Below are positions 58,415-64,000 of a stretch of DNA of 64,000 bases, piece by piece (the stretch's first letter is position 1; the number at the start of each line of letters is the position of its first letter). Origin of the DNA: a bacterium (GTDB taxonomy: Bacteria > Patescibacteriota > Minisyncoccia > Phycocordibacterales > UBA5272); assembly GCA_023267635.1 (NCBI GenBank), contig JAHFMX010000001.1, forward strand, positions 83,165-147,164, written 5' to 3'. The position numbers and the translations under genes are program-made. The notes under the pieces were generated by a model. It saw only the letters and a program-made list of their open reading frames with translations, did not search any database and was not told the DNA's origin.

Positions 58415-61400
58415 ATGCTAGCAAATAGAACTCTTCAAGCAGCATCAAATACGGGATATCAGATTCAGCGTAGTTTGCGGTTTCGTGGTAATGTAAGCGC
58501 GTATTTAAGTAAAACTTTTGCTACCGGAAACAGAAGGACTTGGACTTTAAGTTGCTGGGTTAAGCGTGGATCGTTGAGCTCTTTTCAAACTATGTTTAGC
58601 GCTGGCACAACTTCTCCTAATTATGCAGGATTTCGCTTTACTGATACTAATGCATTACAATTTTTTGTTGGCGGCGCTGTATCTGTTAATTGTATAACAA
58701 ATGCTGTATATCGTGATCCGTCTGCTTGGTATCATGTAGTTCTTCGTTTCAATACAACTGAAGCAACAGCATCTAATCGTATTATTATCTATGTAAACGG
58801 AACTCAATCTGTATTAGGTACAGCAAATTATCCAAGCCAAAACACTGATTGGGAGGTTAATAATACGTATATTCATACACTTGCAGCACAGTGGATTACC
58901 TCTGCAACTACACATTTCGACGGCTATATGTCTGAAGTTAATTTCATCGATGGACAAGCCTTAGACGCAAACTCCTTTGGCCAAACCGACCCTGTTAGCG
59001 GAGTCTGGTCCGCAAAAAAATATATCGGCACATACGGTAACAATGGATTCTATTTAGATTTTAACGATACGTCTTCTGTTGAAGCTCTTGGGTACGACAA
59101 GCAAACAACCTCACGCACATTCTCAACTGCAGGCACATATAGTTTTACTGTGCCAACATATTCAACTAGTTTAGTGGTGAAGCTTTGGGGAGGTGGAGGT
59201 GGAGGTGGAGGTGGAGGTTCAACGTTTGGAAATAGTGGAACAAACGGAACCGCTACTACATTCTCTACTCTTTCTGCAGGTGGTGGAGGAGGAGGGACGG
59301 GTGCATGGACAGCAAACCCAACAGGATCTTCTGGTGCCGGAGGAACGGCCACAGGGGGAACTATCAATACTAATGGAAACAGTATCGCAACCACAAACGG
59401 GGCCACCACGGGTGCTGGCGCACCAAACGGTGGAGGTAATACAGTCACCGCTACTGCTAATGCGGAACACTATGCTGGAACTGTTCCTGGAGGAGCAGGT
59501 ACAGGAGGGCGTTGGGAGGGTTCTGGAAATCCAACTGGAGGAGCGGGGGGTTCTGGTGCGTATGTAGAAAAAACGTACAATGTTGGTGATTTAATACCAG
59601 GCACTGTTATGTCTATTACAGTTGGCGCTGCCGGTTCTGGTGGTTCTTCTGACGCTGATCAGGGAGCGAATGGGGCAGATGGTCGTATTATGATTATTGT
59701 AGATAGAGTTTTTCTCACTGATGTTTCTAGTGTGGCTGGGTGGACACTTAACACAGGAGTAGGGGGAACACCTTCTATTACGCTTACTTCAGGCGATACT
59801 CGTGTTGCTAATGGTTCAAATAACTCTGTCGGGTACTATAAAACAATTTCAACAGTTATTGGTCAAACATATTATGTGGAGGGGCGTATATTTAACGTTA
59901 GCGTTGGAGCGGCTGATCGCGCCGCTTCTATTGTTAAAGCGGACGTCAGTGCATTTAATGTAAACGTAGTGACTATCGGGTCTGTTCTACAGTCTTCTGG
60001 TAGTGGAACTGTTCGCGGCACATTCGTGGCTACAGCTACTACGACGTATATTTCACTTGCTGCAGATATTCTTACTTCAGGGTCTGCGGATTTTGAGGAT
60101 GTTACTGTGGGAACGGTAGGGTTTATGAATAATTGGACCCCGACGAATATAAGTCTTACCGCAGGCGCTACCTATGACTCAATGCTTGATGTTCCGTTAG
60201 GTGGAGGGGGAAGTGAGAGAGGGAATTACTGTGTTCTTAATCCTTTAATTTCACAGACATCACTTGCTTCAGGGAATCTGTATGCCTCTACTACAGGACA
60301 ATCTGGCGCTGCTGGGACAATAGTTTTTCCATATGCAAAAACAATATTTGAATCAGTGTTTGGGCTCCCCGGTGCATCAAATCATGTTGGAGTAATTCAA
60401 GCAAACTGTACACAGTCGCAACTTCAAACTATAGCGACCGCTGACGGTGTTCTTTACCGATCTGATGGGGGTATTTTTAGAGATACAGGTAGCGGTTATT
60501 CACAAATACAGACCGTTGCAAGCTACACTAACAGTGAGGTGATTGGTGTGGCTGTTGATATTACGGTACCTTCTGTTCAGTTTTACAAAAATGGTTCTGC
60601 TGTCGGTACTCCAGTGTCACTAACGGCTTCCGTATCATATTTACCATTCGTCCATTTTGGAGGGGGTACTCTTAATGCTAATGTTAACTTCGGCCAACGT
60701 CCTTTTACATATACCCCGCCTACTGGATTCAAAGCTCTTCATACGGGTAATCTTCCTATTCCAGCAATTCGAAAACCAAATCAGTATTTCGATGTTATAA
60801 CCTACACAGGAGACAGCTCTTCTTCTAGAAGTATAACTGGACTGCATTTTGCGCCAGATTTTGTGTGGTCTAAACCGCGGACAGCTGGCTCATCCTCAAT
60901 TCCGCATTGGTTGTATGATAGAGTTCGTGGCACAGGCGCCAACTCTCTCTATTCGTTGTCGACAAATAATTCGGATGCAGAATTTGACTCGTTGGGGGGA
61001 TCTGGTAATGCGACAGCCTTCACTTCTGATGGGGTAACCTTTACCTCAGGAACATCTAATAATTTTAATAGAAATGAAAGTGGTGTTTTATTTGTAAACT
61101 GGAACTGGAAAGCCGGAGGCACAGCAGTCACCAACACCGCAGGAACTATCACTTCCCAAGTGAGTGCGAATACCACTTCTGGGTTTTCGATTGTTACTTT
61201 TACAGCTCACGCTGCAGGTTCTGGTACTTTTGGACACGGTCTCGGCGTTGTACCAGCCATGGTTATCGTTAAGTCCAGAAGCAGTGTTACTGATTGGTTT
61301 GTTTATCATAAATCTTTAGGAGAAACTAAAAATGTTCGACTTAATTTGACAGATCCCTCTGATATACGGACAGGTGCTTGGAATGATACAGCTCCGACAT

Positions 61401-61810
61401 CTACTGTTGTTACTCTTGGAAGTAATTGGGCATCATCAGTTTCAATGGTTGCCTACGTCTTTGCGGAAGTTGCTGGGTTTTCAAAATTTGGTAGCTACAC
61501 AGGAAATGGAAGCGCCGACGGTCCATTTGTATATTGTGGATTTAGACCACGGTATGTGATGTGGAAGCGCACAGACACCGCTGGCAACTGGTACATGTTG
61601 GACGCAGTGCGAGGCACATCGCAGCCTATAAACGCTACACTGTATCCGAACCTCTCAAATACGGAGTACTCTGCGTCAACAGAGTTTGTTGATTTCCTGT
61701 CAAACGGCTTCAAGCAAAGAAACACGGAACCTGACAAGAACGGCAGCGGCGGCACATACATCTTCATCGCATTTGCTGAAGCTCCGTTTAAGTACGCGCT
61801 CGCGAGATAG
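58415..61810 (+). CDS. 1131-aa phage-like LamG/glycine-rich/SPRY-like lectin protein
   Basis: RSLRF, WTLSCWVKR, YRDPSAWYH, Gly-rich block, NFGQRPF, HGLGVVP, GSYTGNG, AFAEAPFKYA; no signal peptide. Confidence 0.75.
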   Translation: MLANRTLQAASNTGYQIQRSLRFRGNVSAYLSKTFATGNRRTWTLSCWVKRGSLSSFQTMFSAGTTSPNYAGFRFTDTNALQFFVGGAVSVNCITNAVYRDPSAWYHVVLRFNTTEATASNRIIIYVNGTQSVLGTANYPSQNTDWEVNNTYIHTLAAQWITSATTHFDGYMSEVNFIDGQALDANSFGQTDPVSGVWSAKKYIGTYGNNGFYLDFNDTSSVEALGYDKQTTSRTFSTAGTYSFTVPTYSTSLVVKLWGGGGGGGGGGSTFGNSGTNGTATTFSTLSAGGGGGGTGAWTANPTGSSGAGGTATGGTINTNGNSIATTNGATTGAGAPNGGGNTVTATANAEHYAGTVPGGAGTGGRWEGSGNPTGGAGGSGAYVEKTYNVGDLIPGTVMSITVGAAGSGGSSDADQGANGADGRIMIIVDRVFLTDVSSVAGWTLNTGVGGTPSITLTSGDTRVANGSNNSVGYYKTISTVIGQTYYVEGRIFNVSVGAADRAASIVKADVSAFNVNVVTIGSVLQSSGSGTVRGTFVATATTTYISLAADILTSGSADFEDVTVGTVGFMNNWTPTNISLTAGATYDSMLDVPLGGGGSERGNYCVLNPLISQTSLASGNLYASTTGQSGAAGTIVFPYAKTIFESVFGLPGASNHVGVIQANCTQSQLQTIATADGVLYRSDGGIFRDTGSGYSQIQTVASYTNSEVIGVAVDITVPSVQFYKNGSAVGTPVSLTASVSYLPFVHFGGGTLNANVNFGQRPFTYTPPTGFKALHTGNLPIPAIRKPNQYFDVITYTGDSSSSRSITGLHFAPDFVWSKPRTAGSSSIPHWLYDRVRGTGANSLYSLSTNNSDAEFDSLGGSGNATAFTSDGVTFTSGTSNNFNRNESGVLFVNWNWKAGGTAVTNTAGTITSQVSANTTSGFSIVTFTAHAAGSGTFGHGLGVVPAMVIVKSRSSVTDWFVYHKSLGETKNVRLNLTDPSDIRTGAWNDTAPTSTVVTLGSNWASSVSMVAYVFAEVAGFSKFGSYTGNGSADGPFVYCGFRPRYVMWKRTDTAGNWYMLDAVRGTSQPINATLYPNLSNTEYSASTEFVDFLSNGFKQRNTEPDKNGSGGTYIFIAFAEAPFKYALAR

Positions 61811-61840
61811 GGGTCTAATTAAACCGATTACAGTTTAATT

Positions 61841-61951
61841 AATTTCTAATTCTCAATTTTAAATTTCTATTGAATGAGTTAAAGCTTCAATGTTTTTAAA
61901 ATTAAATTCATTAAAAATTGATTGAAAATTCAAAATTTGAAATTGAAAATT
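61841..61951 (+). repeat. Heptamer inverted-repeat element, empty copy F
   Basis: AATTTCT AATTCTC AATTTTA AATTTCT ... ATTGATT GAAAATT CAAAATT TGAAATT GAAAATT. Confidence 0.85.
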
Positions 61952-62029
61952 AATAAGGTATTCCAAACACGTGTGGATGTATCCAGTACTCTTGAGACCA
62001 GACCTGTTGTATACTATAAATATAAATCT

Positions 62030-63148
62030 ATGATAGGAAAAATAGTTAATTTCATCCAGTATAATAACTTCTTCACACTTACTCTTATGTTTGTGTTTAT
62101 GGGGGCAAGTGCAACATTTGCTGCAAGTCCTGATGCTCGTGCGAGTATTATTGACCAAAAGGAAACCGTTCGTTCAGTTGATAACACCTATCTTATCAAT
62201 ACCGACTTCACGCTCTTTGAGGTGGGGCTAAAAATTCAGTCTGTTAAAGAAGATGATGAGTGGTACTACATTGACTACACCTACAACACTGCGGAAGTAG
62301 TTGATTATGTGTGGATGAGGGTTGCAAAGACAGCTTCAATGAAAGTAACTAAAAAGGAACTAGGAGCCAAAGATCTTGGTCTCTATGTTGCTGAACAATT
62401 AGGCCAGGTAACTGATCAGAAACTCGCATACCTACAAGATATTCAAAAGATAGAAAAGAAAATTGGCATGACACAGAAGGTTGTTGCTACGGAGTATTCT
62501 GGTTTAGTCGGGCAGTTTTTAAGTGCTGATGAAAAAACCTTCGAAGGGTATGTTCCTGTTAAGCCGCCAATACTTGTTGCAGCCTTTGAGTCAACAGGGG
62601 AGAACACAACATTGATTGGCACAGAGTTAGGAACGACCTACGGAGTACCAACCCCAACCCCACTTTCTCCTGAACAAATACAACGATTGATTTCAGATGC
62701 TGTGCGACAGCTACTCGCTGGAGATACTGCTACGACAACTGCGTCAACCACAATTGCTGTCATTGATACACCAACAACAGGAGGAGGGGGAGGTTCAACT
62801 CCAGCAGTGTCGACAGGGACGACCACTCCAGTTGATACATCAACTTCAACACCTGTAATTGCTTCAACAACGCCGACGGTAACTGGGACGACTACTCCAG
62901 CAGTAACTCCAACTGCGTCAACAACTCCATCAACTACTGCAACAACTACACCGTCAGATCCTGTAGCAACTTCTACTCCTGCAGAACCAACACCTGTGTC
63001 TGAGCCAGTTACTACGCCTGAGCCAACTCCAACTCCAACTCCAACTCCAACTCCTGAACCTGTAGTGGAGCCTACTCCTGCACCAGAACCAACACCAACA
63101 CCAGAACCGGCTCCTGCTCCTGTGGATGCAGTCACAACAACCCCTTAA
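62030..63148 (+). CDS. Exported protein with Pro/Thr-rich C-terminal tail
   Basis: Signal-like FFTLTLMFVFMGASATFA; PT/PEP repeats; ATG 62030 preferred since the tracked start lies inside the repeat element. Confidence 0.8.
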   Translation: MIGKIVNFIQYNNFFTLTLMFVFMGASATFAASPDARASIIDQKETVRSVDNTYLINTDFTLFEVGLKIQSVKEDDEWYYIDYTYNTAEVVDYVWMRVAKTASMKVTKKELGAKDLGLYVAEQLGQVTDQKLAYLQDIQKIEKKIGMTQKVVATEYSGLVGQFLSADEKTFEGYVPVKPPILVAAFESTGENTTLIGTELGTTYGVPTPTPLSPEQIQRLISDAVRQLLAGDTATTTASTTIAVIDTPTTGGGGGSTPAVSTGTTTPVDTSTSTPVIASTTPTVTGTTTPAVTPTASTTPSTTATTTPSDPVATSTPAEPTPVSEPVTTPEPTPTPTPTPTPEPVVEPTPAPEPTPTPEPAPAPVDAVTTTP

Positions 63149-63149
63149 T

Positions 63150-63614
63150 AATTTTTAGTTTTCAATTTAAAATTTCTAATCAATTTTTAATGACTCAAAT
63201 TATAAAAAAGGAATATGATTTAGAAAATAGAACGGCAGAGTTTGGAGAAAATATTATTAGATTTTGTAGAACTCTAAAATTAGATATCATAACCACACCT
63301 CTTGTTTCTCAGATAGTAAGATCTGCCACCAGTGTTGGCGCTAATTATATGGAGGCGAACGGTGCTAGTTCTAAAAAGGATTTCAGTAACAAGATATTTA
63401 TTTGCAAAAAGGAGATTCAAGAGACTAAACACTGGTTACGGATGCTTGCAGTTAATTTGGAAGATAGAAAAGTTGAAATAAGGGTTCTCTGGAAAGAAGC
63501 GCAAGAGCTTACCTTAATTTTTTCAAAAATAGCTTCATCAACCAAAAAGGGCTAATTATTTAGTAATTATAGTTTAAAAATTGATTAGAAATTAAGAACT
63601 AAAAATTAAAAATT
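63150..63614 (+). mobile_element. Heptamer inverted-repeat element carrying a four-helix-bundle gene (copy G)
   Basis: Left arm AATTTTT AGTTTTC AATTTAA AATTTCT, right arm ATTGATT AGAAATT AAGAACT AAAAATT AAAAATT; mobility is inferred. Confidence 0.6.
63190..63555 (+). CDS. Four-helix-bundle protein, paralog of 57487..57855
   Basis: About 70% identical by manual ungapped alignment; RSATSVGANYMEA. Confidence 0.9.
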   Translation: MTQIIKKEYDLENRTAEFGENIIRFCRTLKLDIITTPLVSQIVRSATSVGANYMEANGASSKKDFSNKIFICKKEIQETKHWLRMLAVNLEDRKVEIRVLWKEAQELTLIFSKIASSTKKG

Positions 63615-63695
63615 GGAAATCGCTGATTCTATACACAAGCTAAAGGATACAGCGCTCTTGCCTTAACCCTTTAAATACGCTATAATAAACCAACT

Positions 63696-63899
63696 ATGGT
63701 AGTACGAATGAGACACACACGAGCGCATACGGCTAATCGCCGTAGCCACCACGCGCTTAAGGCAGCAAACCTTGTTGCCTGCAAAAACTGTAACGCTATG
63801 AAGACGCCTCATCACGTTTGTGATGCTTGCGGTTATTATCGTGGCAAGAAAGTATTACAAATTAAGGCTAAAGTAACAAAAAGCGCCACCAAGGCATAA
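63696..63899 (+). CDS. rpmF: 50S ribosomal protein L32 (zinc-ribbon type)
   Basis: RRSHHAL, CKNC...PHHVCDACGYYRG. Confidence 0.95.
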   Translation: MVVRMRHTRAHTANRRSHHALKAANLVACKNCNAMKTPHHVCDACGYYRGKKVLQIKAKVTKSATKA

Positions 63900-63944
63900 C
63901 AGTCTACTTAGCTCCTAAACCTTCAACTGCTCCTTTAAAACCCT

Positions 63945-64000
63945 ATGAGTACCCGTCACATTGCACGAACACTCGCCCTCCAAACACTTTTCGAACTTGA
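63945..64000 (+). CDS. nusB: Transcription antitermination factor NusB, 5' fragment
   Basis: MSTRHIARTLALQTLFEL; follows rpmF. Confidence 0.75.
   Translation, partial: MSTRHIARTLALQTLFEL

Noticed and set aside
57981-61810. Prophage
   Set aside because: No integrase, terminase, capsid, lysis genes or att repeats visible
61922-62029. N-terminal extension of the tracked 408-aa ORF
   Set aside because: It translates the heptamer repeat arm; ATG 62030 gives a normal signal peptide
62638-63135. 165-aa Gly/Val-rich antisense ORF
   Set aside because: Mirror of the Pro/Thr-rich tail
57487-63555. Diversity-generating retroelement suggested by Avd-like proteins next to fibre genes
   Set aside because: No reverse transcriptase and no TR/VR pair differing at adenines seen in the window
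1-64000. Alternative genetic code (UGA recoding as in Gracilibacteria)
   Set aside because: All conserved genes are full length under code 11 with no in-frame TGA needed

Overview
64 kb of a compact, AT-rich bacterial chromosome read with genetic code 11. The gene content and style point to a Patescibacteria/CPR (Parcubacteria-like) genome; this is an inference from the VirB2-like pilin cluster, alpha2-type GlyRS, split transketolase, reduced repair proteins and lack of Shine-Dalgarno sites on core genes. Core genes: gyrA, glyQS, rpmG, tRNA-Trp, a glycolysis/pentose-phosphate cluster (gap, rpiB, rpe, tktN/C, pfkB, fba, malic enzyme), tgt, uvrB/A/C, nrdAB, mutY-like, a pseudouridine synthase, rnj, secG, dnaE, rnhB, rpmF and partial nusB. 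The right end (51.1-63.6 kb) is a surface-fibre locus: a 1627-aa repeat adhesin, a tatC-tatA pair, a tiny twin-arginine protein that shares its C-terminal motif with the adhesin, two phage-virion-like proteins without signal peptides and a Pro/Thr-rich protein. Other structures not explained by the genes: (1) seven inverted-repeat elements built of 7-bp AT-rich units, two enclosing a four-helix-bundle (23S-IVP/Avd-like) gene and five empty; (2) four GTAC-core palindromic elements; (3) two candidate ORF-free structured RNAs; (4) a pervasive extended -10 motif just upstream of start codons, suggesting leaderless mRNAs. All calls are by eye; no database searches were run.
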